A DNA stretch of 63,594 bases, filler included. It is 11 parts of 11 records of this genome, joined end to end, with 100 filler letters (N's around TTAATTAATTAA, not from the genome) between each part and the next. Parts side by side here need not be neighbours in the genome. Positions count along the whole stretch, not along the records: positions 1 to 6,039 come from SRR31147125_83190; positions 6,140 to 11,285 come from SRR31147125_83682; 9 more parts are not named here. One strand, 5' to 3'. The stretch's first letter is position 1. Each line of letters begins with the position of its first letter. Below the pieces are notes generated by a model. That model saw nothing but the letters and a program-made list of their open reading frames with translations. It was not told the DNA's origin and did not search any database. Shown one piece after another: positions 1 through 9,871 of the stretch. Both the position numbers and the translations under genes were made by a program.

Positions 1-1
1 G

Positions 2-1264
2 CCCGAAAGTAACTGCGTTCTTAAACGCTCTTGCATAAGTTGCGCCGCCTATAGACATACAGTAAGCTTCTTTCCCGGTTACTTCGGTGTAGGCTTCTTT
101 AAGCTTTGTTACAAGCTCGCTGTCTTCGTCTACGTGATGGGACGGAAGCGTATGGATCACGCTGATTTTAAAGTTCTCTGAAAAGTGCTTATCCAGCTTG
201 TCCTTTATTGTCTCTTCCTTCTGAGTTACAGGATATCTTACGTCGAGCTCTGCTCTTAAAGTTCCGCCGCTTGCATTCAGAGTGCCAAGATTAAACGTAA
301 GCCTGCCCGAAAGCTCGTCTGAAAGGTCCAGCTCTACGTTTTCGCCGTGTGAAGTTATGCCGATTTTCTGTGCAAGCAGGTTTATGTTCTTCTCCAGCTC
401 GCCGTCTGCAAGCGGAAGCGTTGCAAGATAGGTTATAAGAGAGCCGGCAGCGTTTATACCGTCGTCCGGGCGTGACCCGTGAGAGCTTTTGCCGTGAACG
501 GTTATGCGGACAAAATCGCCCTGCTGTTCTGCTTCGAACTTTCCGCCTATCGGACATGTGTATGATGAGATGCTTTTCTGTATAAGATCAAGTGGTGCAG
601 CGATGTCTGCATGTGCGCTGTTGGGTACGACGTTCGGACGTGTTCCTGCTTCTATCCCGCTGATATATATACCACCGCTGCTTTGTTTATATGGAGCTGT
701 AAGCATCAAATGAAGCAGACCTTTTTCCGTGTTAATGACAGGATATTCTCCGTCCGGTGAAAAAGCCATGTCCGGCTCTGGCTCGTGCTGTTTATAGAAC
801 TCCATATCACGCCACCTTGTTTCTTCGTCCGTACCGAATATAAGGCGGACACGTTTGCCGAGCTGTACGCAGTTGTCGCACAGCGCATGAAGCGCAAAAA
901 GTGAGGCGATTGCCGGGCCTTTGTTGTCTATTGCGCCTCGGCCGTATATTTTTCCGTCTTTTTCTATCCCTGCAAAAGCATCCATCGTCCAGCCGTCTCC
1001 TTCCGGAACGACGTCTAGATGGACGAGTATAGCAAGGACCTCTTCTGCAAAGCCGTATTCTACGTATGCCATCTGCCCGAAAAGGTTGACGCATTCGAGG
1101 TCCATACGTTCTGCTTCGCTCTGTACGAACATTAACGCATCGAAAATACCTTTACCGTACGGCATATTGAGGTGCGGTTCCGCTATAACGCTTTTTATTT
1201 TGATAAAATCTTTAAGCGTTTCCAACATCGATTCTCTGTACGGTTCAAATGAAAAATCCAGCAT
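2..1264 (-). CDS. pepV: M20 family Sapep/PepV-like dipeptidase (3' end runs off the window; absent from the ORF track)
   Basis: Manual translation from ATG at 1264 (RBS AGGGAG): MLDFSFEPYRESM...ILVHLDVVPEGDGW...IYGRGAIDNKGP...IFGTDEET...GKSSHGSRP...SIGGATYARAFKNAVTFG. These are the M20 metal-binding motifs. Confidence 0.85.
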   Translation of the reverse strand, partial: MLDFSFEPYRESMLETLKDFIKIKSVIAEPHLNMPYGKGIFDALMFVQSEAERMDLECVNLFGQMAYVEYGFAEEVLAILVHLDVVPEGDGWTMDAFAGIEKDGKIYGRGAIDNKGPAIASLFALHALCDNCVQLGKRVRLIFGTDEETRWRDMEFYKQHEPEPDMAFSPDGEYPVINTEKGLLHLMLTAPYKQSSGGIYISGIEAGTRPNVVPNSAHADIAAPLDLIQKSISSYTCPIGGKFEAEQQGDFVRITVHGKSSHGSRPDDGINAAGSLITYLATLPLADGELEKNINLLAQKIGITSHGENVELDLSDELSGRLTFNLGTLNASGGTLRAELDVRYPVTQKEETIKDKLDKHFSENFKISVIHTLPSHHVDEDSELVTKLKEAYTEVTGKEAYCMSIGGATYARAFKNAVTFG

Positions 1265-1287
1265 AGTTATCTCCCTTTGTGTATCTA

Positions 1288-2073
1288 TTAAGCCCAGGTA
1301 ATAATCCCGAGCACGTATCTGTCAAGAAGTACAAATACCCCTAATATTGCAACGTATATTGCAAATCCGTATAATCTCTTTTTCCTTATAAGCGCAAGCA
1401 TAAAACGCACTGCAAAATATCCCGAAATAGCAGCGCATATCGTTCCTATAATCGTCGGCAGCCAGTCTATTACAACGCTTGTGTCCTTTACTACCTTATA
1501 ACCTTGAAGTAGTACTGAACCTAGTATTACCGGTATTGACATCAAAAATGAAAAGCTCGCCGCTTTTTTTCTGTCTACACCGCTTGCAAGACCGCCGGCA
1601 ATAGTAGAGCCGCTTCGTGATGCCCCGGGGAACATGGCTATAACCTGCATTATTCCCATAACGATACTTGAAAGTATGCTAACGTCAGTTTTTTTCGGCT
1701 GGCGTTTTGAAAGCAGTTCTGAAAGCGTAAGTATAAGAGCCGTGAATAAAAACCCGTAGCCAAGGTATACGCCTGTAAACGTCTCTTCAACCAAGTCGCT
1801 GAAAAGGTATCCGAATATGACTGCCGGAATAGTGGCTATTATAAGGTAGAGCAGCTTGTTAAACGGCTTTTTGAACAGGTTTATTATCTCTCTCCACATC
1901 ACAATGACAACGGCAATAAGCGTGCCGAAGTGAAGCATGGTATCAAAAAACAGCTGCGGCTTGTCTAAACCAAATACGTTATGAAGCAGCACCAGATGGC
2001 CGCTGCTTGATACCGGAAGAAACTCCGTTAAACCCTGAACTATTCCAAGAACAATAGATTCTAATATGTTCAT
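1288..2073 (-). CDS. uppP: undecaprenyl-diphosphate phosphatase (BacA)
   Basis: GIVQGLTEFLPVSSSGHL and PGASRSGSTI motifs; multiple TM helices. Confidence 0.97.
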   Translation of the reverse strand: MNILESIVLGIVQGLTEFLPVSSSGHLVLLHNVFGLDKPQLFFDTMLHFGTLIAVVIVMWREIINLFKKPFNKLLYLIIATIPAVIFGYLFSDLVEETFTGVYLGYGFLFTALILTLSELLSKRQPKKTDVSILSSIVMGIMQVIAMFPGASRSGSTIAGGLASGVDRKKAASFSFLMSIPVILGSVLLQGYKVVKDTSVVIDWLPTIIGTICAAISGYFAVRFMLALIRKKRLYGFAIYVAILGVFVLLDRYVLGIITWA

Positions 2074-2265
2074 AACACTACCCTTTCGAAAACGCTTAAA
2101 ATCATATTATAACAATAAAGATATGATTTGCAAGCGAAAGTTATGCAAAACAAGAGGTTACTAACATTATTATAACACTAATTTTATATTTGCTATTAGA
2201 AAAGTTGACTTTTTGGCAGGCAGGAGCTTAATATAATTATTATAATCCTGAAAAAGGAATTTTCT

Positions 2266-2634
2266 ATGTTTTTTGATCCGCTTTGGCTATATTTAAAAGG
2301 TCTTATCGTTACATTAGTCGTTAAAGTCGGCTTGTTTACAATAATAATCTCGCACAAACCGATTAAGATCCTGGCAGTTTCTTTTTTCAACGTTCTCTCT
2401 CATATATTGCTGCACCTTTTCTTTACGCTCATCATAAGAACACAGCTTGGCTACAGCTTCTGGATATGGCTGACCGGCGAAATATTGGTAGTATTATTTG
2501 AAGCGGCTCTTTACAGGCTGGGCAGAATTATATCAAAGTTTACAAAAGCGCTGCTTTGGTCACTTGTATTCAACGCTGCTTCTATAGTCTTTGGTCAGAT
2601 AATCAATCTTTTTTTCTTCCTATTTTATGAATAA
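2266..2634 (+). CDS. hypothetical membrane protein
   Basis: 122-aa hydrophobic ORF with about 4 TM segments; start uncertain. Confidence 0.6.
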   Translation: MFFDPLWLYLKGLIVTLVVKVGLFTIIISHKPIKILAVSFFNVLSHILLHLFFTLIIRTQLGYSFWIWLTGEILVVLFEAALYRLGRIISKFTKALLWSLVFNAASIVFGQIINLFFFLFYE

Positions 2635-2740
2635 AACCTTACACCGTAAAGTTCACAAAATGTCGAAATTTGAAATATTACCCATTATGGTATATAATAT
2701 ATAGATAGAAACAATATTAAATCATCAAAGGAGGTATATT

Positions 2741-3103
2741 ATGTCAATAAGAGATTTGCTTATGGCACGTAAACGAAGAGAAAGAAGAAGGGCGGCTAAA
2801 AATGTGGCAATAGGCGCTGGAGTAGGTGTAGCGGTAGGCGCAGCAGCAGGAATTCTTTTTGCACCAAAATCCGGAAAAGAAACAAGGGAACAGATTGCAA
2901 CAGAAGCAAAAAAAGTTGCTGAAAAGACAAAGGACAAGCTGAAAAACACAAAAGACGAAGCGGAAGAAGCTGTAGATGAAGCAGTTGAAAAAGTAAAAGA
3001 AACAGCGGACGATGTAAAACAAGACGCAAAAGAAAAAGCGGCAAAAGCAGCGCAAGCCGTTGAGGAAACAGCTAAGAAAGCAAAGAAAGCAGCAAAGAAG
3101 TAA
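2741..3103 (+). CDS. YtxH-domain general-stress-like protein
   Basis: GVAVGAAAGILFAPKSGKETR signature followed by a K/E/A-rich coil; RBS GGAGG. Confidence 0.9.
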   Translation: MSIRDLLMARKRRERRRAAKNVAIGAGVGVAVGAAAGILFAPKSGKETREQIATEAKKVAEKTKDKLKNTKDEAEEAVDEAVEKVKETADDVKQDAKEKAAKAAQAVEETAKKAKKAAKK

Positions 3104-3139
3104 GTTTAAATACTAGACTACTGAAAGGAAGACGGATAT

Positions 3140-3535
3140 ATGACTGTAAATGAAGTACTAATATTTTTGGCTGTATTCTTCGGAGTCTGTCTTGGCATTG
3201 CAGTTTTGGTGCTGCTGATTATTGCACTGATAAGGCTAAATAGGACTGTAAAAAAAGTAGATAAGCTTATAGACGAAAATAAAGAGAATTTAACTAAGAC
3301 AATAACGAAACTGCCGGATCTTGCAGATCATATCGATGATGCCGCAGTTAGTGTTGATGATGCTGCAATTAGAATAGGCGATACAGCAGATGTAGTTGGT
3401 GATGCGGTGGAGAGTGTTGATGAGACTTTTTTTGATAAAAAGAGCACTGACGCAAATGACATGGTGCTGACCATCGTGGATATTGCAGAGAACGTAGCCA
3501 AGATGGTGATAAACCTGGTATCTAAAAAGAAGTAA
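3140..3535 (+). CDS. DUF948/YoxC-like single-pass coiled-coil membrane protein
   Basis: N-terminal TM helix then heptad coil; adjacent to the ytxH-like gene, as is typical. Confidence 0.65.
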   Translation: MTVNEVLIFLAVFFGVCLGIAVLVLLIIALIRLNRTVKKVDKLIDENKENLTKTITKLPDLADHIDDAAVSVDDAAIRIGDTADVVGDAVESVDETFFDKKSTDANDMVLTIVDIAENVAKMVINLVSKKK

Positions 3536-3596
3536 ATAAAGTTTATAGAATGCTAAGAAATTGTGGCATTAGAATAAGCTGACATAAATTTAAACG

Positions 3597-3621
3597 AAAG
3601 GGCGGGTTTACCGCTCTTTTT
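3597..3621. terminator. probable bidirectional intrinsic terminator
   Basis: AAAGGGCGG-GTTTA-CCGCTCTTTTT hairpin between convergent genes. Confidence 0.7.
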
Positions 3622-3674
3622 ATAGTAAAAAGAATGATCCACGCCATACCGCCGGGGAAGTTAATCAATCAATT

Positions 3675-5189
3675 TTACTTTTTGATACGCCGTATGTTTA
3701 TGAATATAGACAGAAGCCCTGCACCCAGCAGAGCACACCCAAGAGCTATCCATACCCAAAGCGGTATAGCAGGTTTCCTGGTCACGCTGTTTACCGTAAC
3801 GGCTGGGGTAGGAGCGGATGTGGGTGAAGGTATAGGTATCGGAGTTGGTGTAAAAGCCGGAGTCGACTGGGGTTTGGGTGACATTGACGGAGAGGGTGCA
3901 GGAGTTATTGTAGGTTCGAGTATTGGGCTGGGCGATAGGGAGGACAAAGGACTTGGCTGCGGCTCGTCTATAATAAACTTTCCGTCAGTAAATTCTATAG
4001 GCTGCAGAAAGTAGAGGGTATCTATCTCTTCAGTCTGATTATCCTTAGCGATATAATAATAGAAGACGTGCCATGCAAAAAGTTTATCGTCTTTAATATA
4101 ACCGTAAATAATATTCAAAAAACCTGTGTCATCTGTATCAAATAAACCCGTATTGAGAATCTGCTTGTTTGCGAAAGTATCAATCAGGTTATTTCTTGAA
4201 AAATAATTTGATGCATCACCATCGAAATAAAAATTTGTATAGTCTTTACCGGAAATATTCTTGACTGACAATGAGTACAGGTTTGGTCTGTCATTAACTG
4301 GCGTGAGTGTCAGTTCAAGCTCGGGTAAGTCTATAAATTCTGCAGGCAGCCTTTTTGTATATTTTACAGCATAATATTTATTGTTTATAGTAAAGATAGC
4401 TGAAAAACTCAATGGAAGTTCTTTAGGGACTTCCGCTTCATCCATCCAAAAAGAGTATTCAAATGAAGTTCTTATGTTTTCCTGCGGCTTAAAAGAACCA
4501 AATTTGATATTTTCGTCAATGTCTTTTCTTATTATTAAATCATTTAGTTCGAATCCAGAAGTGTTGGTTATTGAGAGCTCACTATTTAGATTTCCTCCTA
4601 CATCACTAATAGAAGAATCATAATCCGAGTGATAAATATTACCTAAATAAACGGTATCCTCGTTTTCTACTGTTACTATATTTACAAATGGTGAACCATT
4701 ATTAAGATTAATCAGTTTGATAGGAGTTTTTTTAGATTCATAATAATAACCTGTATCATAATCATCGCCGTTGTTATATGCATAGTAGTCTAACAAAAAA
4801 TCAAAATCAGTGTAATATGATCCGTCTTTTTCATACCAGTGAATATCTGATGTTATTTTTTCTGAGACATTCCATACTACTGTTTCGTACGGCTGAATTG
4901 CATAGTTACTATAGCAGCTAAATTTTCCTGAAACTTCATTTGATACTGTTGTATTCGAGAAAATTCTAAAAAGATACCAGTCAGATATAGGTTCTGATGT
5001 ATTGTTTTTCAATGTAACTGTGAAGTCAAGCGTTCCGCCTATTTGGACTTCTTTGTTTATAAGGTTAATACTGACAGATAAGTTTTCGTTTTTGTCAATA
5101 ATAGGTGCAGCATCATTCGCAAAAACTATGTTAGGCAATAAGCAGAGCAGCGCTATGGCAATACAGCAAATTTTCTTTAACATATGCAT
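3675..5189 (-). CDS. secreted membrane-anchored protein with Pro/Thr/Ser linker
   Basis: Signal peptide (...IVFA-ND), beta-rich body, PSPT-rich stalk, C-terminal TM helix followed by RRIKK. Confidence 0.8.
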   Translation of the reverse strand: MHMLKKICCIAIALLCLLPNIVFANDAAPIIDKNENLSVSINLINKEVQIGGTLDFTVTLKNNTSEPISDWYLFRIFSNTTVSNEVSGKFSCYSNYAIQPYETVVWNVSEKITSDIHWYEKDGSYYTDFDFLLDYYAYNNGDDYDTGYYYESKKTPIKLINLNNGSPFVNIVTVENEDTVYLGNIYHSDYDSSISDVGGNLNSELSITNTSGFELNDLIIRKDIDENIKFGSFKPQENIRTSFEYSFWMDEAEVPKELPLSFSAIFTINNKYYAVKYTKRLPAEFIDLPELELTLTPVNDRPNLYSLSVKNISGKDYTNFYFDGDASNYFSRNNLIDTFANKQILNTGLFDTDDTGFLNIIYGYIKDDKLFAWHVFYYYIAKDNQTEEIDTLYFLQPIEFTDGKFIIDEPQPSPLSSLSPSPILEPTITPAPSPSMSPKPQSTPAFTPTPIPIPSPTSAPTPAVTVNSVTRKPAIPLWVWIALGCALLGAGLLSIFINIRRIKK

Positions 5190-5331
5190 CTCCGAACAAT
5201 TTACTTAATATAGCTAATTATATCATATATAACCATGACAGCAAACGTTTATGCCTATGAAATACGCAGTTGACTTGTCTGCTTTGTCATTATAGAATAA
5301 TAGCAATATATATTAAGGAGTTAATGGACAA

Positions 5332-6039
5332 ATGAAACTCGAAATCGTAAGGTCGAAAAATCTTAAGCCAAAACCGCAGGATGAAAATAAGCTTGGTTTC
5401 GGCAGGATATTTACGGACCACATGTTCACGATGAATTATGAAGAAGGCAAGGGCTGGTTTGATGCTAAGATTCGCCCGTTCGAAAACTTCTCGCTTTCTC
5501 CTGCATGCAGTGTGCTGCACTACAGCCAAACTATATTCGAAGGCATGAAGGCGTATCATACAGACAAGGGAACTAACCTTTTCCGTCCGTGGGATAACTT
5601 TAAGAGAATGAACGTTACGGCAGAGCGTATGTGTATGCCGACGATTGACGAAGAGTTCGTGCAGGAATGTCTTGAAGAACTGCTTAAAATAGAAAAAGAC
5701 TGGATACCAAAGAAGGAAGGGACTTCGCTTTACATTCGCCCGACGATGATGGCAATTGACCCGTTCCTCGGCGTAAAGGCGGGATGTGAGTATCTGTTTT
5801 TTATAATACTTTCTCCGGTGGGTGCGTATTATGCCTCCGGACTTAAGCCTGTTGACATCTACGTAGAGGACGCATACGTTCGTGCAGTTGTAGGCGGAAC
5901 GGGCTTTGCAAAAACCGGCGGCAACTATGCTGCAAGTCTTTTAGCTGCAGAGATAGCACATGATAAAGGGTTTGCACAGGTGCTTTGGCTAGACGGTAAA
6001 GAGAAAAAGTATGTTGAAGAAGTAGGTTCTATGAACATA
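5332..6039 (+). CDS. ilvE: branched-chain amino acid aminotransferase (3' truncated at contig end)
   Basis: FGRIFTDHMF, LHYSQTIFEGMKAY, LYIRP, KTGGNYA, EEVGSMNI motifs. Confidence 0.96.
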
Positions 6040-6139
6040 NNNNNNNNNNNNNNNNNNNNNNNNNNNNNNNNNNNNNNNNNNNNTTAATTAATTAANNNNN
6101 NNNNNNNNNNNNNNNNNNNNNNNNNNNNNNNNNNNNNNN
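6040..6139. other. artificial contig spacer
   Basis: 44 N + TTAATTAATTAA (stops in all six frames) + 44 N. Confidence 0.99.
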
Positions 6140-6760
6140 AACGCCGGTGGTGGTCTCCTCACTGACGCCCTTCCATTCGGCAACGATGCGGTGCCAGAAT
6201 TGCTCGTCCTCCTGAAGCTTCTCTTTGAGCAACCCATTGACGATGGCCAGCTCTTTGTTGTCGGTGGGTTCGTCCAGAATGGCCGGATTGTTTTCAGCTT
6301 CATATCCGCGGTGAATCAGCAAAGTGGCATCGCCGCCGTCATCCACCACCAGGTTCGGCCCCTTACCGTCCGGCCAGGTCAGGGCCTGAAGGGTGCACCA
6401 CCAATACTCTTCCAGGGATTCACCCTTCCAGGCGAAAACGGGTACCCCGGCTGCGGCAATGGCGGCGGCAGCATGATCCTGCGTCGAAAAGATGTTGCAC
6501 GATGCCCAGCGCACATCTGCGCCTAATGCCGCCAGCGTCTCGATCAAAACAGCGGTCTGGATGGTCATGTGCAGACTGCCGGCGACACGTGCGCCGCTCA
6601 GTGGTTTCTTGGGGCCGTACTTCTCTCGTGTGGCCATTAACCCCGGCATCTCATGTTCGGCGATATCGATCTCCTTCCGGCCGAAGTCGGCGAGACCGAT
6701 GTCCTTTATTTTATAGGTAAACGTCTCCTGCTCGATCTTTGTGGCTGCCTCAGCTGACAT
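6140..6760 (-). CDS. ahcY: adenosylhomocysteinase (3' truncated)
   Basis: [54 protein letters not shown]. Confidence 0.98.
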
Positions 6761-6810
6761 AAATATTCTCCTCGATGACTTCTTTTTTTAGATGATGAAA
6801 TATTAACTGA

Positions 6811-8010
6811 TCAGGCGGCCGCCTTGGCGCCGGCTGCCTTTCGCAAAATCTCCACTTTATCGGTCTTCTCCCAGGGATAAGCTTCATGCCCGAAGTGCCC
6901 ATAGGCCGCCGTATCCTGGTACCGCCAGCCTTCGGGATGCATCAAGTCCAGTTCATCGATCAACGCCGCCGGGCGAAAATCGAAAATGGACTGATCTTCG
7001 AGAAGCTGCTGAAGTTTCTCTTCACCAACCACACCGGTACCGTAAGTACTGACATTGATTGAAAGAGGACGTGCGACACCAATGGCGTAGCCGACTTGAA
7101 TCTCGCACTTTTCGGCCAAGCCGGCGGCAACGATGTTCTTGGCCGCATAGCGGCAGTAGTATGCCGCCGAACGATCCACCTTCGAAGGATCTTTCCCGGA
7201 AAAGGCGCCGCCGCCGTGACTCCCAACGCCGCCATAAGTATCGACGATGATTTTACGCCCGGTCAGTCCGGCATCGGCAAAAGGGCCTCCCCGCACGAAG
7301 GAACCCGTCGGATTGACAAAAAATGCGGTTTCCGAATTGAGCAGCCCCGTAGGCGCCAGTACTGACTTCGCTTCTACAACGAGGTCCTCACGAATCTTTT
7401 CGAGGGGGACATCGTCGGTTTGGTGTGACAGAACAACGGTGGTGATACTTTCAGGGCGCCCATTTTGATAACGGACCGAGACCTGGCTTTTCGCATCCGG
7501 GCGCAAATATTCGATCCGGCCCTGCACCCTGGCCTGTTCCAGATGTTGCAGCAGTTTGTGACTATAAAAGATCGGCGCCGGCATCAGCGTTGGCGTCTCG
7601 GCAGTCGCATATCCAAACATCATGCCCTGGTCGCCGGCACCTTGCTCGTCGTAGAGGCCTTCGCCCTCGGTCACCCCCTGGGATATCTCCGGGGATTGGC
7701 CGTGGATGCGGCAAATGTATTCAAAGCCTTCATGCCAGAATTCGTACTCCGGTCGGTCGTAACCAATCTCCCGAACGACGCGCCTTGCCAGCCGGTCCGC
7801 ATCGATCTGATCCCAACCCGAACAGGTCACTTCACCCACATTGACGATCAGGTTGAAACCGGCCAGCGTTTCACATGCCACTCGGCTCCTGGGATCCTTT
7901 TGTAAACAGGCGTCGAGCATGGCATCGGATATCACATCGCACACTTTGTCGGGGTGACCCTTGCCAACAGATTCGGATGTGAATACATGCGTTGAGGTAA
8001 TCTTGCTCAT
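6811..8010 (-). CDS. metK: S-adenosylmethionine synthetase
   Basis: FTSESVGKGHPDK, GAGDQG, GGGAFSGKDPSKVDRS, TAAYGHFG; RBS AAGGAG. Confidence 0.98.
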   Translation of the reverse strand: MSKITSTHVFTSESVGKGHPDKVCDVISDAMLDACLQKDPRSRVACETLAGFNLIVNVGEVTCSGWDQIDADRLARRVVREIGYDRPEYEFWHEGFEYICRIHGQSPEISQGVTEGEGLYDEQGAGDQGMMFGYATAETPTLMPAPIFYSHKLLQHLEQARVQGRIEYLRPDAKSQVSVRYQNGRPESITTVVLSHQTDDVPLEKIREDLVVEAKSVLAPTGLLNSETAFFVNPTGSFVRGGPFADAGLTGRKIIVDTYGGVGSHGGGAFSGKDPSKVDRSAAYYCRYAAKNIVAAGLAEKCEIQVGYAIGVARPLSINVSTYGTGVVGEEKLQQLLEDQSIFDFRPAALIDELDLMHPEGWRYQDTAAYGHFGHEAYPWEKTDKVEILRKAAGAKAAA

Positions 8011-8214
8011 ATAACAGCTCCTTTAGTTGTTTGTTTAATCTGCCCAGCTTGTATCCTGGCGGGATTTAAAACGATGGTAGGATTCCGCAGCGGTCACAAC
8101 TCTGCATGGATGGATTTCACCGGTCTGCTCCATGTTGCTGATGTCGTTTCGCGAATTTTCCGCATTACAGAATTAGCCATACTAATGAATGATGTAGAAT
8201 GTAAATCATGGGGC

Positions 8215-8243
8215 TATATATATTTAACACGATGCAATGTCAA
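8215..8243 (-). promoter_or_regulatory. putative sigma70 promoter of metK-ahcY
   Basis: Minus strand TTGACA-N17-TATATA, about 200 nt upstream of metK. Confidence 0.55.
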
Positions 8244-8269
8244 GGGTCGAAATATACCGTCTCCGTATA

Positions 8270-8282
8270 TAATTACTTGATT
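8270..8282 (-). promoter_or_regulatory. putative IHF binding site
   Basis: Minus strand AATCAAGTAATTA matches WATCAANNNNTTR exactly. Confidence 0.45.
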
Positions 8283-8317
8283 TTTCAATTTTAAAGTAAT
8301 TAGTGACACCTATAAAA

Positions 8318-8335
8318 TTATTAGTGTACTATGTA
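8318..8335. promoter_or_regulatory. putative EctR-type MarR operator
   Basis: Pseudopalindrome TTATTAGT-GT-ACTATGTA overlapping a possible + strand promoter GTGACA-N18-TACTAT. It resembles the EctR1 operator as I recall it (TATTTAGT-GT-ACTATATA). Confidence 0.6.
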
Positions 8336-8483
8336 ATTTCTAACAGAATTATAACCAGCACAATATAGTTCCAAACATATCCGGAATTGATCGTAAAATT
8401 TCACTGGCTACAAATTGGAACTTTGTGTATGGGAACCAACGGTATATTTATAAATAAAATGATTCCGGGAAGGAGTGTGGCAG

Positions 8484-8996
8484 ATGGATCTAAGCACCAA
8501 TGACATCGAATCTCTGAGCTCCCAGCAGCGCTGCAAAGAGATGTTGGTTTCGTTGCGCAAAATCACGCAAGCCATTTCCCTGCACTCGAGAGATCTGAAC
8601 AGGCGATACGGCTTGACCGGCCCGCAGCTGGTGATTTTAAATGAGATCTCCAACCACGAGTCGTTGTCGGTCACCCAATTGGCCCGCCTGATCAGCCTCA
8701 GCCAGGCCACAGTCACCGACATCCTCAACCGGCTGAACAAAAAAGGGCTTATTGAACGCACCCGTAGCGATACGGACCGCCGCCGGGTGATGATAAAGCT
8801 GACGCCAAAATGCCGTGAGATACTCTCCCAGGCCCCACCGGCCCTCCAGGAGACGTTTGTCGACCGCTATACCACTCTGTCGGAATGGGAACAGCTCATG
8901 ATCCTGAGTTCATTGAAACGCGTGGTGGGCCTGATGTCCGCCGCGAAAATCGATGCGGCCCCATTCCTTGCGACCGACGCGTTGCCGGCGGATTAA
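8484..8996 (+). CDS. MarR family regulator, EctR/CosR-like
   Basis: LVSLRKITQAISLHSRDL..YGLTGPQL, wHTH with DRRRV, C-terminal WEQLMILSSLKRV..LM.A..IDAAP.L typical of EctR-like proteins; RBS GGAAGGAG. Confidence 0.88.
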   Translation: MDLSTNDIESLSSQQRCKEMLVSLRKITQAISLHSRDLNRRYGLTGPQLVILNEISNHESLSVTQLARLISLSQATVTDILNRLNKKGLIERTRSDTDRRRVMIKLTPKCREILSQAPPALQETFVDRYTTLSEWEQLMILSSLKRVVGLMSAAKIDAAPFLATDALPAD

Positions 8997-9056
8997 GGGC
9001 TCGTGTTAAAATGAATTCCGATAGCCGCTATCCCACAACCTTTCAGGGAATCGGGA

Positions 9057-9803
9057 TTAACCGTCGATGAAAAATTTCCAGGAGCAGAACCAGCCGTCGG
9101 GGTGCTCATCCGGTGGACAGCCGACGCATTCGGTCTGAATGCGCGGATCGATACCTCTTGCAAATTGGGGATACTCAACCATGCCGACGCTCTTGCAGGG
9201 GTAGTCGGGCAGGCCTTTGCGTTTCCGGGCAGCCTGGACGCGGCAGTTGTTCATCTCGAAGACAATACAGTTGTCATCGATCTCCCTGATGGACTGCTCG
9301 TTGATGAATGCATAGAGACGCAACGTCAGGGCTTTCTTCAGGGCCGGGATTCCACCGTCGTCCGGCAGGCCAAGCAACCTCTTCACCCTGGCGGCCTCAT
9401 AGGGACTGAAACGCGTCCAGCAGGTGTCGTTGCATCGTTTGGCGTCACCCATGCCAAAACGGTTTTCAACAGCCTGGAACCAGATGCCGTCATTGGCAAG
9501 CCAGTTGATACTGAGCTTCTCGATCAGGTCCACCAGGGTTTCTTTGGGAAGGGCCTTCAGAGCCGCAGGAATTCCGTCTTCGACAGAAAAACCAAGCGTC
9601 TTCCCAAGCCGGCCGATCTGATTGGCATAACTGGCATCCCAAACACCGTCCTCCACAGAGAGCGCCTCCTCCAGGCCGACCTGATGGACGACTTCGGCGA
9701 ACCAGGCGCCGTAATGGAAGACAATCCTCCTGAACGCATCCAACGCTATTCTCGCCAACACATCGCTGTCAGCCTGTTTGATACCATCTTTAAAACTGCT
9801 CAT
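9057..9803 (-). CDS. DUF6125-like protein (V4R-like Cys-rich C-terminus)
   Basis: WLANDGIWFQAVE motif and an N-terminal partial repeat (HYGAWFAEV); CRVQ...PCK...ECVGCPPD..FCSW. Confidence 0.7.
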   Translation of the reverse strand: MSSFKDGIKQADSDVLARIALDAFRRIVFHYGAWFAEVVHQVGLEEALSVEDGVWDASYANQIGRLGKTLGFSVEDGIPAALKALPKETLVDLIEKLSINWLANDGIWFQAVENRFGMGDAKRCNDTCWTRFSPYEAARVKRLLGLPDDGGIPALKKALTLRLYAFINEQSIREIDDNCIVFEMNNCRVQAARKRKGLPDYPCKSVGMVEYPQFARGIDPRIQTECVGCPPDEHPDGWFCSWKFFIDG

Positions 9804-9871
9804 CGCTCCTCCAGTGGCGTTTGAAAATGGTCTCTATATCACCCGCAAGGGCTCCGGCGTGCGGAAAGCCA

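Noticed and set aside
291-1301. Several short ORFs in the track over 291-1301, and long antisense ORFs elsewhere (e.g. 9102-9824, 9821-10558, 30299-31072, 57582-58364)
   Set aside because: They overlap well-supported genes on another frame or strand and lack motifs.
5190-5331. T-box leader upstream of ilvE
   Set aside because: The intergenic region is too short and has no T-box (TGGNACCGCG) motif.
8011-8214. SAM or SAH riboswitch in the long metK leader
   Set aside because: No SAM-I core (ATC.AGAG...GCAACC...GTGC) or other SAM/SAH consensus is recognisable by eye. An Infernal search would be decisive.
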